64,000 nucleotides of DNA from Escherichia coli (GCF_003334405.1 NZ_QOWM01000007.1); one strand, 5' to 3'. Shown: positions 1 to 21,504, numbered from the stretch's first letter. Translations and numbers: made by a program. Notes: a model not told the origin generated them from the sequence alone.

Positions 1-1190
<1,190 letters not shown>

Positions 1191-1288
1191 TATTGCTGAC
1201 ACGGTTTTCCCCTCACCCTAACCCTCTCCCCAGAGGGGCGAGGGGACCGACCGAGCGCCTTTTTGACTCTGTACACGGTTAACACTTT

Positions 1289-2146
<858 letters not shown>

Positions 2147-2160
2147 TTCAGGAGTGCGTT

Positions 2161-2886
2161 ATGGACAGTCTCAATCTTAATAAACATATTTCCGGCCAGT
2201 TCAACGCCGAACTGGAAAGTATCCGCACGCAGGTGATGACCATGGGCGGCATGGTGGAGCAGCAGCTTTCTGATGCAATCACCGCGATGCATAACCAGGA
2301 CAGCGATCTGGCGAAGCGCGTCATCGAAGGCGACAAGAACGTCAACATGATGGAAGTGGCGATCGATGAAGCCTGCGTGCGCATTATCGCCAAACGTCAG
2401 CCGACGGCGAGCGACCTGCGACTGGTTATGGTGATCAGTAAAACCATTGCCGAGCTGGAGCGTATTGGCGACGTGGCGGACAAAATCTGCCGTACTGCGC
2501 TGGAGAAATTCTCCCAGCAGCATCAGCCGTTGCTGGTAAGTCTGGAGTCGCTGGGCCGTCATACCATCCAGATGCTGCACGACGTGCTGGACGCGTTCGC
2601 GCGGATGGACATTGACGAAGCGGTACGTATTTATCGTGAAGATAAAAAAGTCGATCAGGAATACGAAGGTATTGTTCGTCAACTGATGACCTACATGATG
2701 GAAGATTCGCGTACCATTCCGAGCGTACTTACTGCGCTGTTCTGCGCGCGTTCTATCGAACGTATTGGCGACCGCTGCCAGAATATTTGTGAGTTTATCT
2801 TCTACTACGTGAAGGGGCAGGATTTCCGTCACGTCGGTGGCGATGAGCTGGATAAACTGCTGGCGGGGAAAGATAGCGACAAATAA
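2161..2886 (+). CDS. phoU: Phosphate signalling negative regulator PhoU
   Basis: ATG at 2161 ([13 protein letters not shown]...) gives 241 aa; track ORF from 2143 is an in-frame upstream extension overlapping the pstB stop. Confidence 0.95.
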   Translation: MDSLNLNKHISGQFNAELESIRTQVMTMGGMVEQQLSDAITAMHNQDSDLAKRVIEGDKNVNMMEVAIDEACVRIIAKRQPTASDLRLVMVISKTIAELERIGDVADKICRTALEKFSQQHQPLLVSLESLGRHTIQMLHDVLDAFARMDIDEAVRIYREDKKVDQEYEGIVRQLMTYMMEDSRTIPSVLTALFCARSIERIGDRCQNICEFIFYYVKGQDFRHVGGDELDKLLAGKDSDK

Positions 2887-2896
2887 TTCACCAGAC

Positions 2897-2930
2897 AAAT
2901 CCCAATAACTTAATTATTGGGATTTGTTAT
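2897..2930 (+). terminator. Rho-independent terminator after phoU
   Basis: Perfect 12-bp stem aaatcccaataa / ttattgggattt, 4-nt loop, then T-rich tract. Confidence 0.7.
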
Positions 2931-2972
2931 ATATAACTTTATAAATTCCTAAAATTACACAAAGTTAATAAC

Positions 2973-2988
2973 TGCGAGCATGGTCATA
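2973..2988. promoter_or_regulatory. CRP-like site in AT-rich bgl promoter region
   Basis: tgcgagcatggtcata approximates TGTGA-N6-TCACA; lies in AT-rich 2887..3080 segment upstream of bglG. Confidence 0.4.
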
Positions 2989-3081
2989 TTTTTATCAATA
3001 GCGCATTGCTATTTTCTCTGCACGCAATTAAATTAATTTCCGAACCTGGATGTTCGTTATAAAAACCATTAATAAATGACT

Positions 3082-3106
3082 GGATTGTTACTGCATTCGC
3101 AGGCAA

Positions 3107-3110
<4 letters not shown>
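3082..3110 (+). promoter_or_regulatory. RAT antiterminator RNA target 1 (bglG leader)
   Basis: ggattgttactgcattcgcaggcaaaacc; near-identical copy at 4028..4057; each overlaps a terminator. Confidence 0.8.
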
Positions 3111-11765
<8,655 letters not shown>

Positions 11766-12233
11766 TTAACTTAAAGAGTCTGTTTCAGGACATGAAATAT
11801 CCAATCCGGGTAGACGGGTAATGATTCTGCTCATCACCACACCTGCCAGCAATGCAGGAATGATGCGGACAACGAGACTGTCACCAGAAAGAATGTTTTC
11901 AAACAACTCCGAGGAAGCCATGCCCTTAATATGTACAATAACTGCACAATAGATCTCGGTGATAACGACGCCACCTATGCCACCAGCCAGACAACGATAA
12001 CGTTTCTGTGACCCGATCTTTTCCGGCAGACAGGCAACCATTACACCGGTTAACAACGCAGGAATAGCTCCCGTAGTTATCGACAATAAGAGAAAAATTG
12101 GATGTATTATCACCCAAAGAACCAGCGGTTCTTTTGCGAAGAATATGTAGAGGACAAGAAACAGAACACCAATTAACGGTCCTAAAACTGCAAAATAAAG
12201 TCCGTGATGTATTACCCGACGTGAAACAGACAT
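11766..12233 (-). CDS. cbrB: Inner membrane protein CbrB
   Basis: 155 aa hydrophobic ORF. Confidence 0.9.
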   Translation of the reverse strand: MSVSRRVIHHGLYFAVLGPLIGVLFLVLYIFFAKEPLVLWVIIHPIFLLLSITTGAIPALLTGVMVACLPEKIGSQKRYRCLAGGIGGVVITEIYCAVIVHIKGMASSELFENILSGDSLVVRIIPALLAGVVMSRIITRLPGLDISCPETDSLS

Positions 12234-12280
12234 ATCAAACTCCCTTTACTTACCTTTGAGCGCCAATTTAAGCGGGGTAA

Positions 12281-12296
12281 GTGAAGGGAGTGTGAA
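12281..12296 (-). promoter_or_regulatory. cre-tag (CreB-binding direct repeat) upstream of cbrB
   Basis: Minus strand reads TTCAC-ACTCCC-TTCAC, about 50 bp upstream of cbrB start. Confidence 0.6.
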
Positions 12297-12299
12297 GAA

Positions 12300-12965
12300 C
12301 TATGCCGTAATATCCCAACCACGCGCTTTCCACAGTTCAGGTAACTGCGAAAGATGGGTAAAGGTGGTGACTTTCGGGTGAACGATCGGCTTATTGTGCG
12401 GGTCGGCGCAGAAGTAGAACACTTCCATACCTGCGTCGATACCAGATTGTGCACCGGCAACTGAGTCATCAACCAGAATGCAGTTTTCTACATTTACATT
12501 CATCGCTTTTGCCGCATGGAACATTAACGCCGGGTCTGGCTTCCAGCGCTGAATATCGTAGCCGCTGAACAGTTTATCCGGGAAGTAGTGCAACATATTC
12601 AGCTTGCCCATAGAATGCTGCATTTTGTTATTTGGGCCGTTAGATACCACACACATTGGCGCAGTGATCGCTGACAGGAGCGCTCCAGCCCCTTCGATGG
12701 CTTCCAGTTCTGAATCGAACAGCCGAGCGACTTCTGCACGGTAAACGTGTTCAGCTTCTGTTTTCGCTAACGTAACACCATGTTCAAGGGAAACAATATC
12801 GATAATTTCGTACAGTTTTACACCTTTGAAACGTTTGAATACCTCTTCAGGATCGAGCGTAATACCAAATTCCTGAAACATCGTTACATATGCGCGAGAG
12901 CAAATGACTTCACTGTCGACCAGCGTACCGTCGCAGTCGAAAAATACCGCTTCTATCCGGGACAT
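12300..12965 (-). CDS. yieH: HAD-family sugar phosphatase YieH
   Basis: 221 aa; HAD motif I FFDCDGTL near N-terminus. Confidence 0.92.
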   Translation of the reverse strand: MSRIEAVFFDCDGTLVDSEVICSRAYVTMFQEFGITLDPEEVFKRFKGVKLYEIIDIVSLEHGVTLAKTEAEHVYRAEVARLFDSELEAIEGAGALLSAITAPMCVVSNGPNNKMQHSMGKLNMLHYFPDKLFSGYDIQRWKPDPALMFHAAKAMNVNVENCILVDDSVAGAQSGIDAGMEVFYFCADPHNKPIVHPKVTTFTHLSQLPELWKARGWDITA

Positions 12966-13129
12966 GCCTTTCCTTTTTAATCAGTTTAACGTTTTCGTAG
13001 AGCCGATTTGCGCAACGCAATCGTTGCCGTATAAGTAAATCCAATAAAAAAGTCTCTCACAAACGCGCCTATTGTCGCATTTTGGTATACGATAGCGACG
13101 GATTTTCCCTCCTTGTTCGGAAATAGATA

Positions 13130-14467
13130 ATGAGTCATCAACATACCACCCAGACTTCTGGTCAGGGGATGCTGGAACGCGTGTTTAAACTGCGCGAACA
13201 TGGCACGACGGCACGGACCGAAGTGATCGCCGGTTTTACCACCTTCCTGACGATGGTTTACATCGTTTTTGTTAACCCGCAAATTCTTGGCGTTGCTGGC
13301 ATGGATACCAGCGCCGTCTTCGTCACTACCTGTCTGATCGCTGCATTCGGCAGTATTATGATGGGACTGTTTGCTAACCTGCCAGTTGCACTGGCACCCG
13401 CTATGGGCCTGAATGCGTTCTTCGCTTTTGTCGTTGTACAGGCGATGGGCTTGCCGTGGCAGGTCGGGATGGGCGCAATCTTCTGGGGCGCGATAGGTCT
13501 GCTGTTACTGACGATTTTCCGCGTTCGCTACTGGATGATAGCCAACATTCCGGTGAGTCTGCGTGTGGGTATTACCAGCGGTATCGGTCTGTTCATTGGC
13601 ATGATGGGGCTGAAAAACGCAGGTGTGATTGTCGCTAACCCGGAAACGCTGGTGAGCATCGGTAATCTGACTTCTCACAGCGTACTTCTGGGTATCCTCG
13701 GCTTCTTCATCATTGCTATTCTGGCCTCGCGCAACATTCACGCAGCGGTGCTGGTTTCTATCGTGGTGACGACGCTGCTGGGCTGGATGCTGGGTGATGT
13801 GCACTACAATGGCATCGTTTCTGCGCCGCCGAGCGTAATGACAGTTGTGGGTCATGTAGATTTAGCCGGGTCGTTTAACCTCGGGCTGGCAGGGGTGATT
13901 TTCTCTTTCATGTTGGTCAACTTGTTTGACTCCTCCGGTACGCTGATTGGCGTGACCGATAAAGCAGGTCTGGCGGATGAGAAGGGGAAATTCCCGCGCA
14001 TGAAGCAGGCGCTGTATGTCGACAGTATCTCTTCCGTGACCGGTTCGTTTATCGGTACTTCTTCCGTTACGGCTTATATTGAGTCCTCTTCCGGCGTATC
14101 GGTTGGCGGTCGTACCGGTCTGACGGCAGTGGTTGTTGGTCTGCTGTTCCTGCTGGTTATCTTTCTGTCGCCGCTGGCGGGGATGGTGCCAGGCTACGCT
14201 GCAGCTGGTGCGCTGATTTACGTTGGCGTGCTGATGACTTCCAGTCTGGCACGCGTGAACTGGCAGGATCTTACTGAATCTGTTCCGGCGTTTATTACCG
14301 CCGTGATGATGCCGTTCAGCTTCTCGATTACCGAAGGTATCGCGCTGGGCTTTATCTCCTACTGCGTGATGAAAATCGGTACCGGACGTCTGCGTGATCT
14401 AAGCCCGTGCGTAATCATCGTTGCGCTGCTGTTTATCCTGAAGATTGTCTTTATCGACGCTCACTAA
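13130..14467 (+). CDS. adeP: Adenine permease AdeP (AzgA/NCS2-like)
   Basis: 445 aa polytopic transporter. Confidence 0.93.
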   Translation: MSHQHTTQTSGQGMLERVFKLREHGTTARTEVIAGFTTFLTMVYIVFVNPQILGVAGMDTSAVFVTTCLIAAFGSIMMGLFANLPVALAPAMGLNAFFAFVVVQAMGLPWQVGMGAIFWGAIGLLLLTIFRVRYWMIANIPVSLRVGITSGIGLFIGMMGLKNAGVIVANPETLVSIGNLTSHSVLLGILGFFIIAILASRNIHAAVLVSIVVTTLLGWMLGDVHYNGIVSAPPSVMTVVGHVDLAGSFNLGLAGVIFSFMLVNLFDSSGTLIGVTDKAGLADEKGKFPRMKQALYVDSISSVTGSFIGTSSVTAYIESSSGVSVGGRTGLTAVVVGLLFLLVIFLSPLAGMVPGYAAAGALIYVGVLMTSSLARVNWQDLTESVPAFITAVMMPFSFSITEGIALGFISYCVMKIGTGRLRDLSPCVIIVALLFILKIVFIDAH

Positions 14468-14483
14468 AATCGATAGCGCGTTA

Positions 14484-14518
14484 AAAACCCGCCATGCATG
14501 ATTGCTGGCGGGTTTTTT
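14484..14518. terminator. Bidirectional Rho-independent terminator (adeP / chrR)
   Basis: Stem aaaacccgcc / ggcgggtttt flanked by A-tract and T-tract. Confidence 0.75.
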
Positions 14519-14520
14519 AT

Positions 14521-15087
14521 TTAGATCTTAACTCGCTGAATAAACTCACCAAATGCGGTCAATTGCCCGGTCAGGTGGTCCAGCGTACCCTGATCAATCA
14601 CTTCTCCGGTTTGCGGATCAACTTTGTTCTGAATCACGCCGCCCATAAATTCCGGCTTGTTCATCACCATTGCATCGAGGAAAACCAGAATCTGGCGCAG
14701 GTGATACTGACAGCGCGCGCCGCCAATCACGCCCATTGAGCTGGTCTGAATCAATACCGGTTTACCGGCCAGCGGTTGATCCGGCAGGCGGGAAAGCCAG
14801 TCGATGGCATTTTTCAGCCCACCCGGTACCGAGTAGTTATATTCCGGCGTGACGATCACCACACCGTCAGCCTGACGGATCTGTTCCGCCAGAGCTTCAA
14901 CCGTTGCTGGAAAACCTTCTTCCTGCTGTACGTCAGCGTCATACAAGGGAATGTCGGCAATGGATGGTAACGCATTGACTTCCATGCTCGCCGGAGCAAT
15001 TTTCGGCAGGGTACGTGCAACCATGCCATTAAATGAGCCTTTGCGCAGGCTCCCCAGTAACGTAACCACCTGCAATTTTTCAGACAT
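14521..15087 (-). CDS. chrR: NAD(P)H-dependent FMN reductase / chromate reductase ChrR
   Basis: 188 aa flavodoxin-like reductase. Confidence 0.93.
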   Translation of the reverse strand: MSEKLQVVTLLGSLRKGSFNGMVARTLPKIAPASMEVNALPSIADIPLYDADVQQEEGFPATVEALAEQIRQADGVVIVTPEYNYSVPGGLKNAIDWLSRLPDQPLAGKPVLIQTSSMGVIGGARCQYHLRQILVFLDAMVMNKPEFMGGVIQNKVDPQTGEVIDQGTLDHLTGQLTAFGEFIQRVKI

Positions 15088-15108
15088 GATGACTCCTGTG
15101 GTTGTCTA

Positions 15109-15858
15109 TCAATTTGGCGAAAAAGCCTTCACGGTAGAGAGTTGGGCAAAACGCATCATCCGGCTGGTAGGATTGTTGGCGCGGCTGTGAATATCCGGCA
15201 GGCTTTTCCAGCCGTGTTTGCCATCTAACTCCCAGACACTGAGCTTTTCAATCGTGGGCGTGACCGCCACGGACCACACCAGCACGTCTTCCGCGTCGCA
15301 TAACGCTTCTACATGATTTACATGAGCACATTTCAGGCGTCCGGCAATGGGCAGCAGCTGCAGATCGCGCGGATCGTCATTCAAAACATCACCGGTTAGT
15401 TTTAGCACGCTTCGGCGCAGCGTGATGAGCTGCGCCCGCGCTTCGTTAGGATCGTTTTGTTTACTGATCCATAGCGATTCATTGCTGGAAAAGGTGTGGT
15501 TATCGGGCGCGTGTGGGCTATGAAACCCGCGCGTCGCACGCTGTAGTTCCATATCGAGGCCACATTCACCTTCGGTTGTTAACGCCACGCCAACCATATT
15601 CCCGGCATAGGAAATGGAAAACGAAGGCAAATTTTTATCACTGAAAACCGGTTTACCTTTCGGCAGGGTGACGATTTCCGGCAATTCGCCAATGCCATAC
15701 AGCATGAACATCAGTTCTGCGAGTAAACCTCTGGACGCCAGAAAACGGCTTTGACGATGAGGGGGAATGTTTCGGGCTTCTTGATGACACTGGGAGGGGA
15801 GACGAACAGAAATCAGATGTCCTTCCGTTAAAATCCCTCGGGCAAAGTGAGTCGCCAT
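15109..15858 (-). CDS. yieE: 4'-phosphopantetheinyl transferase-like protein YieE
   Basis: ATG at 15858 (MATHFARG...) has GGAG 6 nt upstream; alternative ATG at 15870; 21 bp upstream of chrR on same strand. Confidence 0.8.
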   Translation of the reverse strand: MATHFARGILTEGHLISVRLPSQCHQEARNIPPHRQSRFLASRGLLAELMFMLYGIGELPEIVTLPKGKPVFSDKNLPSFSISYAGNMVGVALTTEGECGLDMELQRATRGFHSPHAPDNHTFSSNESLWISKQNDPNEARAQLITLRRSVLKLTGDVLNDDPRDLQLLPIAGRLKCAHVNHVEALCDAEDVLVWSVAVTPTIEKLSVWELDGKHGWKSLPDIHSRANNPTSRMMRFAQLSTVKAFSPN

Positions 15859-16014
15859 TTTTCGCTCCATGCTTAATGGTCCATTATGAATACAAGAGTA
15901 ATCATTTACTGGAATGATGGACAGACTAAAGCGGCTAAAAGTTCGATTCAGACAAGCTTATTACAACTTTTTTACATTTTATTGTGAAATTGGGTCGCGT
16001 TTCATACGATTCGG

Positions 16015-16974
16015 TTATGCCATCGACGCGTAAAGGTTTTTAATGGTTTCCCGTAACCAGACGATCTTCGGATTATGGCTGTTCCGTTTATGCCACAGCA
16101 GGGTAAAAGGAACTTCCAGCTTTTTTTGCTGGCTTTCGTCAAACGGGAGAGGAAGAGCAACCAACGGCAGTTGATGGAGTTGATTGTAGTACTGACAGTA
16201 GCGCGGCGCGGTCGCCAGTAGCAGATTGTCGGGTTGCGCTGCCATAAACAGTGACTGCTCGAATTCCGGCAGGCTCATAGCAATCGTGCGTTCGCGTCCC
16301 AGCTCCTGTAACACATTGTCCAGCGCCCAGGTATCGCTCTGTTCCCAGCAAATGCTGATATGCGGATAACGTAAGAAGGTGTCCAGATTCCACGTTTGAT
16401 GCAGTGCCGGATGATCTTTGCGTAACCAGACGCAGGGCACATCACTAAACAGCACTTCATAATCAATGGCTAACGGTAGCGAGCTTAACAGCTCCCGCGA
16501 GCGAGGATGGCTTTCGCGACCGGAAAAACCGATATCCACTTCACCACGAGTAATGGCATCTAAGGAATCGTAATCCCAGTTACGTAATTTGATGGTCGCC
16601 TGCGGGTAACGTTGGTAGATCTGTTTCGACAGCGCATTAAGCATGATCATCATCAGCGGTGATTCCGCCGCCAGCTCAAACTTCAGGCCGCGCGGTGTCT
16701 GGTGGTGCGGTTTATCCAGCAGCAGGTTGCTCATTTGCATCCACTCCGCCAGATTTTGCTCCATGCTGACCATCAGCGGTGTGGGCGACAGACCCAGCGG
16801 TGAGTTCACAAAGAGCGGGTCGTCAAACCACGCTCTTAACTTTGCCAGCGACTTACTCACCGCCGAAGGTGTCACGTTTATCCGCTTCGCCGCTTTGGTT
16901 ACGCTGCGCTCCTGCATCAGCAGTTGCAGACAAAGCAGCAGATTGAGATCAAGCGTGGTGATGGATTTCTTCAT
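16015..16974 (-). CDS. yidZ: LysR-family transcriptional regulator YidZ
   Basis: ATG at 16974 ([13 protein letters not shown]...) gives 319 aa; N-terminal HTH; overlaps mdtL 3' end by 26 nt. Confidence 0.9.
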
Positions 16975-18124
16975 GAGCGGCAACGGGGCGTCCAGGCGCG
17001 ACGAACATAATCAGCAACAGGCTCACTATGCTACAGGCAATCAGAATCCCGATCAGCATATTCCATGCGCCGATACCAACCACCGCTGCCAGCCAAATCC
17101 ACAGTGACGAACCGCAAACCTGCGCAATACCTAAGGTCGAGCTGGCTACGCCCGCGCGTAATGAAAACGGCCCTAACGCCTGACTCATCGCCACACCAAA
17201 ACCTACCGAGAAACCGGCGCAAATCAGCGTGATACCAAACAGAGAAACCGCATGGGAAGGTGAAACGGCAAGAGTGATCCCCGCCGCCAGGAATAACACC
17301 TGCGAGGTGATCATCAACGTACGTGGCTTAAAAATTCCCAGCGCAAATGGCGTGGAGAATGAAACGGTCATGCTGACGCCAGCGGTCAGCGCCATAATGG
17401 TGGCGTATTCACCGCGCTCAAACCCCATGATTTCCATCAGCAATACCGGTGACGTGTTGACGAAAGTGAGGATCACCGAAACGCTGAGGGTGGTGATAAC
17501 AACACGGCTGAGGAAAAAACGGTTAAGCAGCGACTCGCTATTTTCTCGTGGTTTATCCGAAGCTGCGGGGGCCGCTGGGCGCGTTTCTTTTAAAATAAAC
17601 AAAGACAACATCAGTACCGCGATGCCCATCATTGCCATCGCCCAGAACAGACTCTGCCACGGGAATTTAAGCATAATCAGATGTCCGAGCACTGGCGCTA
17701 ACACCGGAATGATGCAGGTAATACCGTTGAGTAATGACAGCACTTTAGCCCGACGTCGATCATCCAGCGTGTCGCGCAAAATAGCGAACGCCACTACGTA
17801 ACAACAGCCTGCGCCCAACCCCTGTAGAAATCGGCCTGCAAGAAATAACGTGCTGGTTTCAGCCAGTGAACAGAACACCGAGGCAATAATAAATAGCGCC
17901 GCGCCGGGTATGGCGACCGGCTTTCTCCCTGAACGATCGGCCACTTTACCGGCAAATAACATCGCAGCTGCCATCCCCGCCAGATATACGGAGAACGCAA
18001 TATGCAACTGCGCTTCGCTGGCATTGAGATCGGCGGCGATGCGCGGTAAACCAACGAGGTACATATCAATCCCGGCGGGATAAAGTAAAACCAGGGCAAA
18101 ACTACAAATCAAAAAGCGGGACAT
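16949..18124 (-). CDS. mdtL: MFS multidrug efflux transporter MdtL
   Basis: 391 aa, 12-TM MFS pattern. Confidence 0.93.
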   Translation of the reverse strand: MSRFLICSFALVLLYPAGIDMYLVGLPRIAADLNASEAQLHIAFSVYLAGMAAAMLFAGKVADRSGRKPVAIPGAALFIIASVFCSLAETSTLFLAGRFLQGLGAGCCYVVAFAILRDTLDDRRRAKVLSLLNGITCIIPVLAPVLGHLIMLKFPWQSLFWAMAMMGIAVLMLSLFILKETRPAAPAASDKPRENSESLLNRFFLSRVVITTLSVSVILTFVNTSPVLLMEIMGFERGEYATIMALTAGVSMTVSFSTPFALGIFKPRTLMITSQVLFLAAGITLAVSPSHAVSLFGITLICAGFSVGFGVAMSQALGPFSLRAGVASSTLGIAQVCGSSLWIWLAAVVGIGAWNMLIGILIACSIVSLLLIMFVAPGRPVAAHEEIHHHA

Positions 18125-18220
18125 GGGCTAAAGCGTCCTGATAGTAAGGTGACGCAAAGCATACGTGGTGAAGGAGGATCAGGCGAGTTGCCATTTGGAC
18201 ATAAGTGATTTCCTGAGAGG

Positions 18221-18249
18221 CAAGAAGCCAGCGAATGGCTGGCTTCTTG
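18221..18249 (-). terminator. Hairpin downstream of tnaB
   Basis: Perfect 12-bp stem caagaagccagc / gctggcttcttg, loop gaat; weak U-tract. Confidence 0.5.
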
Positions 18250-18255
18250 AAGGAT

Positions 18256-19503
18256 TTAGCCAAATTTAGGTAACACGTTAAAGACGTTGCCGAACCAGCA
18301 CAAAATCACGGTTATACCAAAGAGAATGACAATCGCCGGAATAAGATTGCCGCCCCAGACCGTGAACATCTGATTGGGAAACTTCTTGCGAGCTTTGATT
18401 GCAAGCACTGCGGGAATAATGACCGCCCAGATGGTGGCGCACAGCCCGGCACCGCCGATCCCGTAAATAAAGCCGTTCGGGAAGATCAGATACAACAACG
18501 CAGGTGGCAGGAAGGTTAACAGCACGGTTTTGAAACGCCCGCCGTGGGAGTTATCAATCTTAAACAGGTCCGCCAGATAATCGAACAACCCCAGCGTGAC
18601 ACCAAAGAACGAACTGGCAACAGCTAAGTTAGAGAACACCAGCAGGCAAAACTCGATAATGCCGTGCTGTTTGGTGCCGAGGAACGATTTCACCAGCGAA
18701 TCAACGTTGCCGCCTGAGGAGATAATCGCCTTAAAGCTTTCTCGCGGAATATTCCCCATGGTGCAATAGAGCCAGAAGAGATAAATCACCAGCGCCAGCA
18801 GCGAACCAAATACCACGCTTTTGATTAACTTATCTTTGCGTTTTCCATAGCAAATAATCAGGCTGGGAATATTGCCGTGGAAACCAAATGACGCCAGACA
18901 CACCGGCAAAGCCATAAAGATATACGGGAAGTAAGACGTTCCCGCAGTGGAGCTGGTGGCGTCGCGCAGAATGGAGTAATCGACCTGGAAGAAAAAAGAA
19001 CCAAACACGATCACAAAGGAGATAATCTTCAGCCCGAGGAACAATGAGGTAATACGACTGGCGGCTAACGAACTTAACCACAATACGCTGGCAACGAAAA
19101 TGGCTGTGCAGATCCCGACAATACGTGGATTAGCGTGATAACCCAAATTCATTGATATCGTTTCACTAATGATCGCACCATTAGCAGAGATATAGGCATA
19201 AGTGAGGATATAGAGAACGAAGGCAACGGTAATACCGCTGATAATGTTCCAGGTGTTACCGATTAAATCTTTGGTGATGGTGTTAAAACTGGAGCCGACG
19301 GGATAATTTAAATTTGCTTCTAATAACAATAACCCGGAATGAAGCATTGAAAACCAGGCAATGATAAGGATAAAGGCACCCCAGAAAAACCAGGCACCGG
19401 CAAGATCAACAGGTAAAGCAAACATACCTCCACCAATTACTGTACCTGCTATAACCATAACACCCCAAAATGCAGAGTGCTTTTTTTCAGCTTGATCAGT
19501 CAT
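18256..19503 (-). CDS. tnaB: Low-affinity tryptophan permease TnaB
   Basis: 415 aa aromatic amino acid permease. Confidence 0.95.
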   Translation of the reverse strand: MTDQAEKKHSAFWGVMVIAGTVIGGGMFALPVDLAGAWFFWGAFILIIAWFSMLHSGLLLLEANLNYPVGSSFNTITKDLIGNTWNIISGITVAFVLYILTYAYISANGAIISETISMNLGYHANPRIVGICTAIFVASVLWLSSLAASRITSLFLGLKIISFVIVFGSFFFQVDYSILRDATSSTAGTSYFPYIFMALPVCLASFGFHGNIPSLIICYGKRKDKLIKSVVFGSLLALVIYLFWLYCTMGNIPRESFKAIISSGGNVDSLVKSFLGTKQHGIIEFCLLVFSNLAVASSFFGVTLGLFDYLADLFKIDNSHGGRFKTVLLTFLPPALLYLIFPNGFIYGIGGAGLCATIWAVIIPAVLAIKARKKFPNQMFTVWGGNLIPAIVILFGITVILCWFGNVFNVLPKFG

Positions 19504-19593
19504 GATGCCACCTTTAGAGGAAGGCTATTTTTGTTATTGAGGATGTAGGGTAAGAGAGTGGCTAACATCCTTATAGCCACTCTGTAGTATTAA

Positions 19594-21009
19594 TTAAACT
19601 TCTTTAAGTTTTGCGGTGAAGTGACGCAATACTTTCGGTTCGTACGTAAAGGTTAATCCTTTAATATTCGCCGCGTTCTCTTTCACATGTTTAAAGGCTT
19701 CAATAATGAAGTCCATATGTGTTTGAGTATATGTTGCGCGCGGAATGGTTAAACGCAGCAGTTCAGCCGGGCATGGCAGTTGTTTACCGGTTTTCGGATC
19801 GCGGCCTAACAGGAAAGAGCCAATTTCTACCGCACGGATACCGGCGACTTTATACAGCTCGCAGGCCAGCGCCTGTGCCGGGAACTGGTCTGCCGGGATA
19901 TGCGGCAACAGTTTACCGGCATCAACGAATGCCGCGTGACCGCCCGCCTGCTGGCAGACAACGCCAATCTCTTCCAGACCATCGACCAGATACTGTACCT
20001 GCGCGATACGATAAGCCAGCCAGTCGAGATTCATACCGTCATACAGACCTACCGCCAGACGCTCCATCGCGCCGCCTTCCAGGCCGCCATATGTCGGGAA
20101 GCCTTCCTGCACCACGCAAAGGGTTCTGCACTCGGTGTACACATCAAAGAAGCTGTCGTCTTTCATGCACAGCAGGCCGCCCATCGGCACCATCGCATCT
20201 TTCTTGGCGGACATCGCCAGCATATCGGCATATTTGTAGGTTTCGCGGGTGATCTGCTCGATGGTCCAGTCTTTGTATTCTGCTTCACGCTGCTTGATGA
20301 AATAGGCGTTTTCAGCAAAGCGCGCGGAGTCCATTACCACCGGAATATCGTATTTCTTCGCGATGCTGTACATCGCTTTTAAGTTTGCCAGTGAAACCGG
20401 CTGACCACCTGCAGAGTTACTGGTGATGGTTGCAACGATATACGGCACGTTATTCGGACCAACTTCTTCAATACCGCGTTCTAATCCCTCAAGGTCAAAG
20501 TTGCCTTTAAAGTCGTAACGCACGCCCGTATCGAAGGCTTCTTTGATATAGACGTTACGCACGGTACAGCCGTTGATCTGGCTATGGCCCTGCGTGGTAT
20601 CAAAGAAATAGTTAGAGAACGCCACCATTTTGCTGCGATCCAGGCCTTTTTCCTGCTCGCGTTTTTTAATCAGTACCGGAATATAGATTTGCTCTGCGCC
20701 ACGGCCCTGGTGAGTCGGAATGGTGTATTGATAACCAAAGATATTTTTCACTGACTCGGCTAACGCATAGTAGCTACGACTGCCGCTGTAGGCTTCGTCG
20801 CCGCGCATCATCGCAGCCTGCATGCTCTGCGTCACCGCCCCGGTGCCGCTGTCGGTCAGTAAATCGATAAACACATCTTCGCTATCCAGCAGGAACGGGT
20901 TCATACCGGATTTAATAATTGCCTCTTCACGATAAGCGCGAGTGGTACGTTTTACTGGCTCAATAACACGAATGCGGAACGGTTCAGGGAGATGTTTAAA
21001 GTTTTCCAT
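19594..21009 (-). CDS. tnaA: Tryptophanase TnaA
   Basis: ATG at 21009 ([14 protein letters not shown]...) gives 471 aa; track ORF from 21024 is a 5' extension. Confidence 0.96.
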
Positions 21010-21229
21010 TACATAATCCTTCATTTATTTTAATTACAGTGATCCCTGTGAATATTACATCTGCTATACCGATTAATTCGCCAGATATATATGCAAGCAC
21101 CATCATTTACTAAAACAAGTAAATAAACGAGAGATGACCTTTGCAAAAGGCAAAATTAAGATATAGCAAACAAATAGATCACATTGAATCTAATCGGTTT
21201 GGCTCTGGTGATGGCTACAGAAGGGCAAA

Positions 21230-21304
21230 TCAAGGGCGGTGATCGACAATTTTGTTGTCAATATTGAACCATTTTGAGGTCACACATATATGTAAGATAT
21301 TCAT
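21230..21304 (-). CDS. tnaC: tna operon leader peptide TnaC
   Basis: 24-codon ORF read by hand: MNILHICVTSKWFNIDNKIVDHRP; 220-nt spacer to tnaA. Confidence 0.9.
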   Translation of the reverse strand: MNILHICVTSKWFNIDNKIVDHRP

Positions 21305-21379
21305 AATGCACTTATCCTCGCAAGACACGAGGCTACATTATTACACTCAGAGTTTTTGTCTATTCTGAAATTGTTTAAA

Positions 21380-21395
21380 TGTGAATCGAATCACA
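21380..21395. promoter_or_regulatory. CRP site of tna promoter
   Basis: tgtgaatcgaatcaca, perfect TGTGA-N6-TCACA palindrome about 75 bp upstream of tnaC. Confidence 0.75.
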
Positions 21396-21504
21396 ATCGT
21401 TCGGGGAGCAATATTAAATGCTTTTTTTAAAGATTATAAATTACGTAAGAATTTTAATGTTTAAAAAAAGGGTTGAGGAATAACAGGAGTGGTAACAATG
21501 AAGC

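Noticed and set aside
16643-17107. 154-aa plus-strand ORF spanning the yidZ/mdtL junction
   Set aside because: Antisense to both genes with no start context.
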